Positions 35,115 to 48,786 of a DNA stretch of 64,000 bases are shown piece by piece. This stretch comes from Glycera tridactyla. Lineage: Eukaryota. Location of the stretch: NCBI GenBank assembly GCA_965644265.1, contig OZ286469.1, forward strand, positions 74,462,001 through 74,526,000, read 5' to 3'. A program made the position numbers and the translations under genes. Each line of letters begins with the position of its first letter. Within the stretch, counting starts at the first letter, position 1. The notes below the pieces were generated by a model. That model was not told the DNA's origin. It saw nothing but the letters and a program-made list of their open reading frames with translations, and did not search any database.

Positions 35115-38010
35115 GTATTATCATTACTATTTTTCACTCTGCGCCAGATATGCCCCGCTTGGAATCAGACGAGACTGATTTACCCATACCTTCCATTACC
35201 TGTATTAACGCCAGTAATTCGGGATCCACTCTTGATTAATAAGTATTTGTCTTTCACATTGGATGCACAACTCGCCTTACTTTCCGACAAGGATCGATTC
35301 TAACATGAGATTGGAATCTCAGGATATCACATGTAGAAACCATCCCCATAGACATTACATGTCTGTGATGTGCATTTTACTTTGAAATAAAAGGCAAAAC
35401 ACCATGCTCCATGTTGGAAAAGTTGGATGTCATGGGCATGGTTTCTAGGTTTTCAAATCACAGATATTCTTGGTCTAGCATGAGAATGATTGATCTATCA
35501 TCATATATTCAGATGGAAATGATATATCTGTGGTATGAAATTTTGAATTGTTTTGGAATACCTATCTTCATCCAGCATGAGCATATTATGTGTCATAAGT
35601 TGCTCCGCATCCAACTTAATGAGACTTACTGAAAACAAATTTTGGGATTGGAAATGAGGTCAAGATGAGATTGAGTCTCTGTGCCCACATGTACACTTGT
35701 CAGTTTTCTTTCAGATTTCAGAAATCAAGTAGGAATTCAAATCTTTCTCTTTGGAGTTATCATTTTGAATCCAGAATTTGGCCTCATCTGTGGATATCAT
35801 GCGCCATACTTAAACAAATGGTGAATGCTCATCATGATGAGAACTGGTGGCAGTGCTAATAAGGTTCCACTGTGTGCTGATTTGTTCTTGGAGAGATCAT
35901 GGTTTTGTCTGATTGTGGCATGTGTTCAGAGCATTCCTTTCTTGTGACTTCATCTGAATTGCCCCTTTAAAGACCAAGCTATCAGATTTCTGTTATTTGT
36001 GGGGTCCCTTATATCTCGCATTTCGTTGGTAAATCAGGGTTTTACTTTAAACAGTCAATACTTTTCATATTTTCCTCTCGGAAGAATTTGGCATCGGAAT
36101 CCTGCTACGCCTCAGATTCTGGGATACCTGTGCACCGACATAAACTCAGCTCTGCGTTAGCTCGTAAATGATTTTGCCACTGTGACTAAACCATGATGGC
36201 TTGCCAAGTCATTTACCACACATGTACTACTCAAGGATCTTCAATACTCTTCAATGCAGTGTGATCTCCAGCTTTGTCGATGGCAAAATACAACAAAGTT
36301 CCAACTGAAAATCTTATTGGAATAAATTCTTCAAGATGATGGTGAATTGCTCACCTTTGACCATAAGTATTTATCTCATTACCTTTCTAAAGAAATCAGT
36401 CACATTCAGAAATATCTCAAGATATGATATCAGATAGCTTGTCTTTAGAAGTATGATAATGCCATTCAGTGAAGTTTAAATCTTTCCAGGTATAGTTGTC
36501 CACCTGGATGAGCTCATAAACTGCATGATCTGCAAATCCAAATTAGATACCATTTTAATGGCCAAGGACAGATTCTGAGTTGCTTTTCAGAAAACAATGG
36601 ATGGTATACAAATTTTTTGAATGGTATGTGTCAGATGTGGATATCACATGAAACATCTCAGGTTTTTCTGGACATGTATGGAAAATTATGCAATTCAAAT
36701 ATTTGATGTCAACTCATGAAACCTCAACATCTCTGACTTTTATCTTCCATATGCATTTGTGGATGGAGATTTGCACTCCGCTTATGGTACAAACTTCATG
36801 TTCATTTCCGCACACTCAACATCCCTTCATACTAGTGCATATATGAAAACACTTCTTCAGACAGAATTTTGTCAAACATTGCAAAATAGATCTCAGCACC
36901 ATAAAAACATATCTGGGTCCTTTGACTTAATAACATTTGAATATCTTTGTTTGAATGGGATGAACATACTTTTGTTCTGCTTCATTCTGTCGATGATCCA
37001 GAAGAGAAAGGTGGGTCACATCATTTTATTCCTAATCCCATCACAGGACAAAGGCAATGAGAACTAAATCTGGTCAAGGGTATTAGCATTTAACCATTCC
37101 ATATCACGGGAGCCATTTAGTAATATGGTAGGGATTATTCAGTTGGTATTACCTGGGAGCAAGGTACACTATAATATTATACTGATAATGATTGTATTTT
37201 GAAATTGGACAAGAGTTTGAGATCACTCTGATGGCTAGTCACTTTAGTGGTAATGTCTGATATTACTCCTGGTTGAGAGATGTAAGTTGGGATGACTGCA
37301 TGCGCCCCTCTTTCCCCCAAGCACTTATCTGCAATCGTAAGATGGATCTTCCAGCATTTCTCTTTTGCAACTTTGTAGCACTTGGCTCCACGCGAGCAGC
37401 TCTTACGCATCAGCAGCCTGCAAGCCGCCATTATATCATCCATTGCAGAATTTGATGAAAATCCATGTTTGTTGAATGAAAATTCATACCACAAATGGCA
37501 CTGTCTTAGGGGTTCAGTCAGCAGAAGGTTAAGTGAGATCCCATGAGAGTGCCATAGATATTTTCCACCATGAATGATGCATTTGTCACAAGTCTCCTGA
37601 CATATCAAAGACAGGGCTTTTTAGAAGCAATGGTCAATCTCTGAATATGTTAAGGATTCAGCATCATCCATGGTTCGGAAATGAGACAGAGTGTTGATGT
37701 GTTGTGTGATTTCATTGCTTTGCCAGTTGTATGCATGGTCTCTGATTGTACTGGTCCAATCAATATGTCCCCAAACAAGGATTTGTTCTAATTCTCCATC
37801 AATGTGATTCCCAGTGTAAGGCTGGAAATATTCAAGGCAATTGTTAGCAGTTGGCTTGTCATAAATAGTGTTCGTTGTTGATTGATTACAATAATTTCTT
37901 ATAATTTGAAATTTGTTATATTTAATTATATATGGGGAATTCATTGAGGGTTGCTTTCATATAACTGGTTGGAGGTAGTGAATGATTGCTATTCATCTCC
38001 ATTTCAACAG

Positions 38011-38025
38011 AGAAGGGTGGATATG
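38011..38025 (+). CDS. Candidate 15-nt microexon: (E)KGGY
   Basis: catctccatttcaacag|AGAAGGGTGGATATG|gtacat; same TATG|GTAC donor as the array. Confidence 0.6.
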
Positions 38026-39717
38026 GTACATGTTCAGTGATCCAAATCATAGTCACTGGACACCCTTCTTCTATGATATAAATTACCTCAAATGTCTGCA
38101 GCAGCAACCATAGATGACCATGAAAATAGCCCACAGAATTTCAGAGCCTCCAACAAACATGTCTGATCAGAACATCACAGGTTTCAAGACCATGTCAGTG
38201 TAGTAATTTTTCTTCCAAAATTCACACTTCTTAGAAAAATGTTTGGGACAATATCTGCTTCTCTGATCATCTTGAATATTTTCTCGAAATTTCACTTAAG
38301 AGTGGCCTGTGAGTGTCATGAAATGGCTGTATGTCTTGTCCACAGCAACTCAAGTGCCACTGCTAGATTTGATTGGATGGTCTCTTCGAAGGGGAGCATC
38401 CCAGATTGGTTGTAAGAGATGGCCCAATCAACAGTCTGGATAAATTGATTTTCTCTTTGATGGGCCATCTCTAATCAGTTGTGAAAAAGTGATTTGATCG
38501 ATCGTCTTCTGGAAGGCCATTTCTGATTGGTTGGAATAAATGATTTCTTCTGAGGTTGTATTTGAAATCCTAAGACTGCATGGTTTTGCTGAATGTGTGC
38601 AGTGGACCCCTCACCAGAATTAACGAATAATGCCTCGTGATAGATTTTCTTTGTAGGTTTGTCACGGTATTGGGAATACTATGTGACAGCAAGGTCATCT
38701 TTCTCATATTTCTGGTCGTCTGGAATGATTAACTATATAACCACTTGGCCTGAGCATACATTCTCTGTCATGGTATTCACAGTTTTGCAGTGGAGCCTGC
38801 AACCAGAGACCCCTGCTGGTAAATCACTAGTTTGAAGAGACCATGTTTTTGTGGAAAACTTCTAATTTTCAGATGTCCAATATAGTTTCGATAAGTGACC
38901 ACTTTTTCTGTAACTTCCCCCAAATTTATCATTAAGGGTGGTCTCCCATCAGAGGTTATACTGCATTTATGCATCACATTTGCTGTGCTTTCAGTGGCTG
39001 GCCTGGACACTTGTCAAGCTGGGCAAAAACTGTTGGCAAATTTTAGTCTGGTCCGAGCATGTATGCCATGGCTGTTCTATTTTACTCTTCTCAAATTGCA
39101 AGCACATCAGTACCAGCTTATATTTATGCCTTGCAAAAGAGGGCATATCCTCTTGTGTCTTCATCAACAATTTGCCATAATTGTCTTAATTTGTCTGCCA
39201 GCGCTTTGCTAAGAATTTTACACTTGCTTCAGATCTTGCAATATTTTCATTCCCATTTGTGTGAATTTGTCTTGTCGGTAAAAACAACTTTGCAACTTGC
39301 TCTCTCATTTTAGATATTGGAGAATATTATTGTTGTGTTTTTTAACCTTTGCTGAGAATTGTGTTTATATTTCAGTGATGTAAAAGATGCCTGAAATTCG
39401 TTTCAAAATGTGTGACGATTCTCCCCGAAATTCGCTTCCCAACAGCGGAGCTTTCGCCTGCACAGCTTTCCCCCCTAGAATTTGATGTGTTAATTGATGT
39501 GCATGATGTTCATTGTTTACAAACAAAGCCTTTGAACTGCAAGATTATCCACTTTCATAGATGTGACATAATGTTTCTCAAGGTTTTGTGGGACAGTGGG
39601 GTAGCTGAATTACTGAGTTACCACAGTGAAAAATATGATAATTGTCTTGAGAAATCGGAGTTAATCAACAAAATATCGAGAGATATGTTTTGAAATGGCA
39701 AGCATTATCTATGTTGA

Positions 39718-39729
39718 CATGTGTGTGTG

Positions 39730-39785
<56 letters not shown>
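39718..39785. repeat. (TG)n(TGCG)n compound microsatellite
   Basis: Direct. Confidence 0.95.
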
Positions 39786-42700
39786 AATGTGTGCGTGCGC
39801 GTGGGTGTATGTATGCAAGCATGTGGGTGAAGCACTAGGAGTACATCATACAGCTTGATATAATCTGCAGAAGTTCTATACATTCCTTTACACATGAATT
39901 CAAGATATTACTTTAGGTCACCCACTCTCCCTCCCAATTCCAAGATATATATAAATTCTCTCCACTCTTGTGTCCAACATCTGTTCAATTACTCATGTCT
40001 TTTTACTGGATGTTTGAAACCCATATTCATGCTGATGTTTGTTGAATAACTGTGAGTCATACATTCAAATTGCTTCTTGAGATTTAAATGGCTGAAATTT
40101 TATTTGCTTTCATGGGCTTTTTGCGTTATAAATTATAAATGCATATAATACAATACCTGATATACTGTATAATCATGTGTCGCTTTTTCACCAAGTACAT
40201 TTGCTATCAGTAACTGATTGAGAGAGGCTTCAGTTTTGAAGCTTGGAGAGTTGCGAGCAAGAAATGTAGATGGAATGCAGTTACTTCACTTGGGGTAGAG
40301 AATAAAATAAACTTGATGAGATCCAAGGGCAACCATGGTCACTATGGCAAAAAAGGCGTTATATGCTGGATGTTTTGGTTTTGCGATCATGAAAATCAGA
40401 CTATAATTAGGGGAAATAGAAAATGTATATGCCAAGCTACCATTCTGATATTCTTGTGTTATTCTCTCTCCTAATTGACAGTTGTTAGGGTTTGCCTATC
40501 TGTAGGCAAGGGCTCTGGTTCATTAGCCAGTTACAGAGATGCCAACTAGTGAAATTTTGGAGAAATGATCACTCGTTTTTATAGCAATTTGGAATTTTAC
40601 GTATGCTCAATTCTCAAGGAGATTTGTGATCTTCTTGTTTGATCATCGCACATGCTACTTTCTGAAATTTGTGTAATGGCTAATCATGGTCATCAAAGGT
40701 TGGCATCTCTGCAGGTCTATCATTGGGATTGATACTTGCCCTTTCAGGGCTCTACCCTGAGCAAAATATTCATGGGCCATACTGACTCCTGTCAGACATC
40801 CAAGGAGCCAGATCTGGATTCTAGTAGCCGGTCAATAATCAGGAGATTGCATGTTTTTAAGCCACCATGCTCTTAACTTCAGTATCGTGAATGCCTAACT
40901 CTGCTTCCTGAGATCATTGAAAAAAACTGCATTGGCCACAGAATTGTTGGTATCCCTTTGGACTAATACCTAGCCATTCCCCTACAAGGAACCACATATC
41001 TCATCCCCCACATAAGTCTACCTTTTATTCGACAATGAATAATTTTGTCTGAATTAGAAGATTTTGTTTTGCGGATGAACAAATCATATGTCTAACCTGA
41101 GATTTTACCTAATGATGAACCATGTATTGAATCCACCCAAATCTTTACCACCATTTTGTTGTCATTGTGCATGGATGGGGGGGGGGGGGTTGCAGGAATA
41201 TCCAGGGCTTGAGATAATCCATATTATAATTGTGCAGAACAACAGACATTACTGTTTTATTATGACAATAAACAGACAAATGGCAGAGACTCGTAGAAGA
41301 ATGTCTTTGCAGAAAATGCCAGAACCTATGATAATCGTGCAGACAGTGCAAAATATGCTATGAGAGATTAAAATGAACTTCAAAATAACATCCCAGAAAT
41401 GTTGCAGAATTTGCTGAAGTTTTCAAATTTATCTTCGATCAGATGGTCCTGCCTCAGCTTTTGCTGAATTTGGTGGAGATCTTCTCATGAAGCCCTATCA
41501 AAATAGATGATAAAAATTTGCATGGAATGGAAACTTCAACTGACACTATTAGCTGCACAAGCTTCCAAGCCCTGGATATATATGGCAAGATGGATGAATG
41601 GATTCATTTTGTTTGATATGATGGTGTGTTTTTGGTTGGGATGAATACCTGGTAGCATTTATTTTCAGCCCACGTTGATGTTGATGTTGAGATTTAATTT
41701 GAAGCGATATTTTTGTGTGCAAGTGTGCTGCATTCACAAGCACGTCTCTGTGCGTACATGTCTATTTGATGTATTATCCTTCAGTTGAATACAAACTTTG
41801 ATATGCACCTCATGTGACTGTTGAATTCACCCCCAGTGATAGTTTCCCACATGTTCCCTGATATACACATTGAAATAGGTTCTCAAAAGTCCAGATGTTT
41901 GAAGAGCAAAAAGACTCTTTCCAAGAAATTTACCCCCTCACCCGTACTTCCTTTTCGATGATAAATGCTGTCCAAATTCCTGGCAAGTCACAAAATGAAA
42001 TAAGATACAGCATTTTGGCGCGGGTCAAAATCGTCTGTTTTGAACTAAATTTCTATATTTTGTTTTTCATTTCTCATACAAGCAAAATCCTGTCCAGTTC
42101 TCATTTCAATCACCACTGTGGGTGATGGGTGCTTTGTTGTGTGTTGCCACCCTTCTTCAGAAGTTATCAGCCCATAGCTGTGGGCTCAGTTTAAAGCTTT
42201 GAACCAATCAGGAATTTCTCGAAAGGCAAACAGCATCCATTAAATGTCCCTGGTAGGTAAGGTTCCCTTGAATAATGTGCTTTGAAATTTGTTGAGTTAA
42301 TTTCCGTTGTACAAGTGGTGTTGAGCTGAAATGCAGTGAAGTAACCACTTGGATCAGCAGGCCCAGATTTTTCATCCATGAATAGGAGATGTCCCGTCAT
42401 TTTCAGATATGGCCATTGATAGTTCTATTTTAATGGCCACTTGCTTATACTTCGAGATGTCATAAGTTGTTCATGATGCCTGATGAACTTGATCACCAAA
42501 CAGCATGGAAAGTGAGCTCCCTGTCCAGATTAATGATCAATTCAATGATTATCATGTACATATGCTCTTGCTTCGATGCTCACAACCTAAATTATACCGA
42601 TGTATATTCTCCAGTTGTGAATTTCTCGATTCACATTTGTAAAATTCCAGAAATCCAGTCCACATGTTGGTGTATTCTCAAAGTTTGTGAATTATTTTTG

Positions 42701-42786
42701 TGAATTTTCTTGGCATTTATGACTAATTTTTATGTTTGCTCCTCTTTCTGTCTCTGTTTTTTTTGCCTGCCTTGGTACTTCTCCAG

Positions 42787-42804
42787 GCATGATGTCAGCG
42801 TTAG
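42787..42804 (+). CDS. Candidate 18-nt microexon: (G)MMSAL
   Basis: Long pyrimidine tract ...cttctccag|GCATGATGTCAGCGTTAG|gtatgt; phase 1-1, stronger donor than the array. Confidence 0.6.
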
Positions 42805-42820
42805 GTATGTAGCACTTGTT

Positions 42821-42870
42821 GTCGTCATGGTAACACGGACAGTGTTATCACTGACATCACACTAGGTGGC
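42821..42870. promoter_or_regulatory. Motif cluster: RFX X-box-like (42821-42834), TGACATCA (42852-42859), CTCF-like (42857-42870)
   Basis: GTCGTCATGGTAAC fits RYYNYYATGRNAAC; TCACTAGGTGGCAC is one mismatch from CCACYAGRKGGCRC; motif match only. Confidence 0.3.
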
Positions 42871-43064
42871 ACTTATCCCATATATATATAACTGTTCCCT
42901 ATACCTTACTCCATTTTTTCCGTTGTTTAACCTCCTCGCAATAATCCTTGTCTTCTTGAAGCTGGGAAAACCGAGCACTGATTTCCCTCTTCACAAAGAG
43001 AATGGAATTTTGGATTGGTGATTGTGTTACCAAGTAACCGCATGCTTTTTTTTTCTCTTCACAG

Positions 43065-43133
43065 ATGAAAAAGAATCAACTACGGTCTCTTCTGCTTTAA
43101 TTGTAACTCCTCAGTTTAGCGAGTTCCCGATCA
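43065..43133 (+). CDS. Possible 69-nt phase-1 exon: (D)EKESTTVSSALIVTPQFSEFPI
   Basis: Very strong acceptor ttttttttctcttcacag|ATGAAA; weak donor ATCA|gtaata; no similarity to other exons. Confidence 0.35.
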
Positions 43134-45129
43134 GTAATAATTACCAGATAAACCTGCCTAGTTCCAAATGTCCGTCGCAAATAATGAAATAGATACCAGT
43201 AGTCAAACTATCTTGGACATGGATACATGTCAATGTATGATGTGTATACACCCCCCCCCCCCAAAAAAAACCAAAAAAAAAACATGATGCTGATTTATGT
43301 GAGTCTTCACTAACCAAGAGGATAAATGATGCCAGCAACACTTTTCGAAGAACCATTGTCACATCACAATTTACCAACTTGCACCAGATATCAACAGATG
43401 CAATTTCACATAGAATCAGCTTCCAGTTCAGCTGGTAAAGATCAGCATTAGGGTTCCTCAAGTTCATTAAAAGGCAGGAATTTCCAGTTAGGAAGTTAGC
43501 AAGTTTCATTTCTGGTGAGTAATCCGGCAAATAGTGGTTGATGAACAAGGAATTTTGTCAAAAGTCAGTCAGCATCATCAGACCAGTTGCCCTCTATACC
43601 GAATTATTTATGGGCCCGGACAAAGTTTTTGGACTCCAGTAGTGTCAAAAGCATTAGAAAGTGAGTTGCAAGAGATGCCCGGCTTATGTGAAATCCCCTG
43701 AATTTTGTCACAAATGTTGACTTCCAAAGACTCAGATCTGAAGAATCAGATATGAAGGTTTCAAATCAGGTACAGTGGGGGAAGTACAGTGAAAAAGCAA
43801 GCAAAGCTGGAATCACCTGAAATGAGCAAGCATTTTTTCAAGAAACACTTTTCTGTCATTCCTTTGTAGATATACCTGTGACCAAATTCACAGGAATTTC
43901 AGGGGCATGTTTTCCTCAGGATCCAGTGTAGTTGGGGTATCTTGAGAGAATTTGACCACATTTGGGGAAATTTTGCTTCTGTTGGTAGCTTCATTGATAG
44001 TTCACGATTTTAAAGAGAGTTGGAGTTATTCGATCGTTAGTTCACGTATTGTTTTTCTAAAATTTGTTGGAAACATGGCAAGCTACATTCACAGAAACAG
44101 TGGTATTCACAAATTTGACCAATTTCTCGGGAGTCATTTTGTCACCAATTCTAAAATTCCAAGGGACCGATTAGATCAAGTACTAGCTTTTGATGGAATG
44201 GCCCAGAATTCGGGGGCAATGGGTCATGTTGTCCTTGTGAATTCACATCACTGCATGAAATCAGGATTTGTTGGTGTGATAGTACAATCCTTTTGGTTTT
44301 TCACCTGATCACATCGGCGTTACTTCTTGTCCTCTCTTGCTGTGCCTACACTGACCAACTGAGAATTAACCACTCAACCACTATGATACTACCCAAGGGG
44401 ATGCCCTTAGTCCATAGCTGTGTACCAAGCAGTGATTTTGTGAATGTATTCCCAATGCTAAAAAAACTACGCAAAGTTGAAATAATGATACACATTAATC
44501 TGTTTCTCTCACAGCAGTGAGTGCAGTGATTTTATGGATCAGAAGCATTCAAAGTTTGCATCAGTTTGCATTAAAACTCACAGTGTATCCCATCTGGCAA
44601 CTTGCACCGACTCTTGGTGAATTTAACTTGCACATTCTACCCCAGCATGTTCAATATGTCAATAAATAAATTGACATATTTCCATAGCCAGGACATTGGT
44701 GATATCTCTGATGTTTCCTATAGAGATCAGTCAAGTCGTCAGCTTTGGTGTGTAAATGCAGAAAAAATGACAGTGAACCTTTCCCCAAAGCAAGCAGGTT
44801 ATGTGAAATCAGGACAAAGGACGAGATCCCGTACATTCCATTCATGCCAGTAGGACTATGATCAAAAGTGACATGGCAACTTGAGTGCATGAACCCTAGC
44901 TGAGCCAACACCACCTAAATGGGTGTCTGGGTGTCTGTGTGGGGAGTGAAGCAAGCTCCTGGCTGGGGTGCATGGCCATTTTATTTAGGAGTTGTCCACA
45001 TAGCTCAACATACAAGACAGCTTGCTCCTTCACAGGCAAGGTGGTTGATGCCATACTCCCAGGTTCAGATCCACAAGAAAGCAGATGAATTCTGAGAATA
45101 TAATTTGTACACTTCAATGGTGCATCATG

Positions 45130-45336
45130 CAGGGATGTGATTCTTGCGCGGATCTGCGGATTTTCGTGTTTCACGAAAATCGGACCAGTATTAGTGGAGA
45201 TAGAGCACAATGTTTGTATGGGGTTCCAGTAGCCTCCAGTCACCAGTTGCTTGGCTATGTTGGTTGACAAAATCTTGGAATAAGAACTGCCGGTAAGGTT
45301 TTCAGTGTTTTTGGTTGTGAGCCAATCACATCCCTG
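45130..45336. mobile_element. MITE family 1, internally deleted copy with 6-bp TSD
   Basis: cagggatgtgatt...aatcacatccctg flanked by atcatg on both sides (45124-45129, 45337-45342). Confidence 0.88.
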
Positions 45337-46951
45337 ATCATGGAACATAGTTCAATTGTAGTTGCCACTTTGATTTGACAGACTCTAGTTGCCCACACCA
45401 GTTGACTAAACAACTCCTGCAACGATACAGGCCATTCATGGTCACCTTGTATGTCAATATTGCCCAATAAAAACCCTGCTGTCTATATAACCTGCCAAGA
45501 TCCTTATGGGAAAACAGTGAAACCTGCTATTTAAGACCCCGGTTGAGCAACCACCTGTATTGTAGGACCAATTACTTGAGTATCTCATATGTTACAGATT
45601 CATTAGTGACTGGTTATAAATTAATGCCATATTTTGTTACCATCAAAGCTGTCAATCAGAGGGGCTCTTTGTTAAATCAGCCTGGATTTGCATCAGCACC
45701 CACTAATGTGTTACTAACAGAATTGTTCCACACTTTGCCTGATGTTTGCAGTGTTATTACCTTTGATCAGAGTTCATATTACCACAATGTAGTGTAAAAT
45801 CTGCAACTTTTCTGAAAAAGAACTACTATATCAGACCGTTTTGTGATTGCTTTAAAGGCGCGCTTTTTCCGCTGGCCAGCTATAGAAATTTCTCCCAACC
45901 ATGAGCTGTCTGCTATTTTGCTACTTTTGCTACCTGACAGAAAATTCCCATATCTGAAATATCAAATGTGAATATCAAACATTTCAAAACGATCTGGCTA
46001 GTCAGGTCAAGAGAAAAAAATCAAACAAACCTCCCTTCAGGTTGCTGAAGAATCATCTATCCAGGAATGATATTGGAAGTAGTTTCACAGATCCAAAATT
46101 CATATATGCTTAGTATTGAAACATTTTTGCTTATATCTTGCTGCTAAGCTGTGCTAAAATCAGCTCTGCCAATTTTTTTAGAAAGCAGAAAACTCGTCCT
46201 TGCAGCAATAGTACTATGCTAGGTGCTTCCTCTATTTTGATCATTTACTGATGGTTTCGGTTGGCAATCTGTTTTGACTTGTGTTCTCAAGCATGATGCT
46301 TTGTCATAGAAGCAAGCATGCGTCTGATATTAACCGTGGTGGCGGTGATAGTTTGCCAGTCATTTGTACACTCCTGACCCTATCTATCCTTCTGTCCAAT
46401 ATGTACTAATATTAATCAAGATTTAGCGGAAATCCTACTGTGTTGAATCAAATAGAAGTTTGATTACAGTCATAAGGGTACAGAGACCAATATTGGTGAG
46501 GTGCCTCGCCAAAGTGTGCATTATCTGTGAAGACAATTATTCCAGATTTCACTGTACAGGGATTTTCTTGCTTGGGAATATGTATGGGCCTCTCGGGCAC
46601 ATTGATGCAGATTTCATATGCCATTTCGGATTTGAGTGTGCCTAGAACCATGTAATCATATCAAAGTTTGGAAAATTCCTTGTGCCTGCTGGGCACAAGA
46701 TATATGGTTTAATGTGCCTTTCCCAACTATATGTACCATTTGCCATAGGGCACAGCATAAAATTATCCCTGCTGTATATGTTTCTTGTCAAGATGTAAGT
46801 TGTAATGCCCCTTGTTTGTGATGTACATAATCTCCGGATTTGATGAGTGTTCTACCTGTTTGTGTTCCAATGGCAAATTTTACCATAAAGCCCATTCCTG
46901 TGTGATCAGTAGCACATTTATGTACTGAGAGCAAAATAATTTTGCTATATC

Positions 46952-47150
46952 CAGGGATGTGATTTTGATCTCAATGCAGATGTCCATGCATATGGCAAAG
47001 AAGAGCTGATTATTTTGGATTTTAGATCATGGAAGATTGGACCAGAATTAGTGGGGATAGAGCACAAAGTTGGGGTTTCTGGTTCCACCCTTGGTGAAAA
47101 TTGCTTCTGGCCAGGTTTTCAGGGTTTTTGGTGGTAAGCCAATCTATATA
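46952..47150. mobile_element. MITE family 1, degenerate copy
   Basis: Left TIR cagggatgtgatt and internal ttttagatcatgga...ttagtggggatagagcaca; right TIR decayed. Confidence 0.7.
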
Positions 47151-48215
47151 TCTAATCTGTCTGAATTTTTGTGAGAAGTTTGGGTCCATTGTACTAATGG
47201 CAACTATTGAAGAGTTTCTCCAAAGATTGTCATCTAGTTGTGAGATTTTAAACCACACAAATTGTCATCTGTCATTGTGTCCAGATTAATTTCCAGGTCT
47301 TTCAAGATCATGGAAACGACCTTTGCAATGATGTGTGATCTGAAATTATTTTTTCATTGCCAAGTATATATCATTCATGTAAATCAGTTATTGTTGATTG
47401 GGAAGTTATTTTCACCATGAAGTGCCTGAGAAAGCTTGGCCAAAGCGAAATGAATGAAACAGCCCGACTCAATAGTATTACTCTGAATTACAAATACAGC
47501 TTCTGAAGCATGCGGTTTGGCTTTTGGTGTTCGATCATCCCAGCCCCATGAAAGTCCAATCAGAAACCAATACCCATTCAAGTCTAATACTGATACGAGA
47601 ATCAGGAGTGTACATCGGGACTAGATGATTTTTACCCGGCTTTCCCTAACTTACATGACTAGGTTTTATATAACGTCACCAGAATCGAAGTTGGAAATGG
47701 CAGTAATTGGTGGCATGTGTGAAACAGAGCAAATCAGATACCATGCTGTGTAATACCCAACACAATATACATGAAGCGACTTCTCCTGCTCTAAATTGAT
47801 AATATCACATATCGAATAATGGCAGATCAAAGTACAGCAGAAATGCTAACAGTATCACTGGTTTGACAAGTCACATCAAGGCAAGTAGGATTTGATTTGA
47901 AGTGTCAATTCTGGTTTCATAAAGAACCCACTCTGATAGGGATTTATTTATATAGATATTGATACAGCATAGCGTTCACAGTTGTATTGAATATCATGTA
48001 CTACCTACCGTATATGAATGTAACCCGTGAAAGAAAATAAAAGTATCTCAAACTCAAACTCAACTCACCAGCAACTCATCTGTTTTGTGCCATTCGCCGT
48101 GATCACCATGTTACTGCCATGTTTGTTCTATCTGCCATGCTGAGGGTGCACCTGCCATTTCTGGGTTTTGTGTAATGATTGCTGGCAGCATCCCTGGTTG
48201 TGCTCCTCCATTGCA

Positions 48216-48786
48216 CAGTGATGCAAGTTTTCAGGAAATTTCCTGAATTCAGTAAAATATGTCGAGGAATTCAAAAATCAAATATGTCAAGAATTCAAAA
48301 TTCAAAAGATTCTGAAGGTTGGAAGTTGCAAATCTGATGCTTTTGAGAGTTTAGGAGGGTACAGTTGGTTCGCCGTTTTTTGTGGCACCTGCCGATAATT
48401 CTCTTCAATGTGCATCAAAGTGAGAAATATGAATCCAACAACTCGTGATGGATGTTGTCGCTTGTATATTTTCTCTAATTTCATCGATTCAGCCAATCTT
48501 TGTGAGTGAAATCGTATGTAACGATGCCAATCCGTGTTTAATTATTGCCGTGACGCAGCAGTGGAACGTACGACACTGCCAGATGACCTGTGAGCTTGAT
48601 TATGATGTCATAATGCAAATCCTCGAGTAAGAACCGTCACTCACGGGTCATATAAACATACAACAATGCACTGATCAATTATCCGCACTAAATTTGTGAG
48701 ATTCTCCGGCGAAAAACAGGCGACACGAAAAACGGCAAACCGTCTGTAGTTTCAGGAAATTCTGTCTCAGTGCACTTGCATCACTG
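48216..48786. mobile_element. CpG-rich TIR element, family 3 (TIR CAGTGATGCAAGT), 6-bp TSD
   Basis: Perfect 13-bp TIR; attgca on both sides (48210-48215, 48787-48792). Confidence 0.85.

Noticed and set aside
36100-37620. Possible LTR-retrotransposon pol remnant on the minus strand (a DHTAL string like RNase H TDH)
   Set aside because: Similarity rests on a few residues among many stops; too weak to call.
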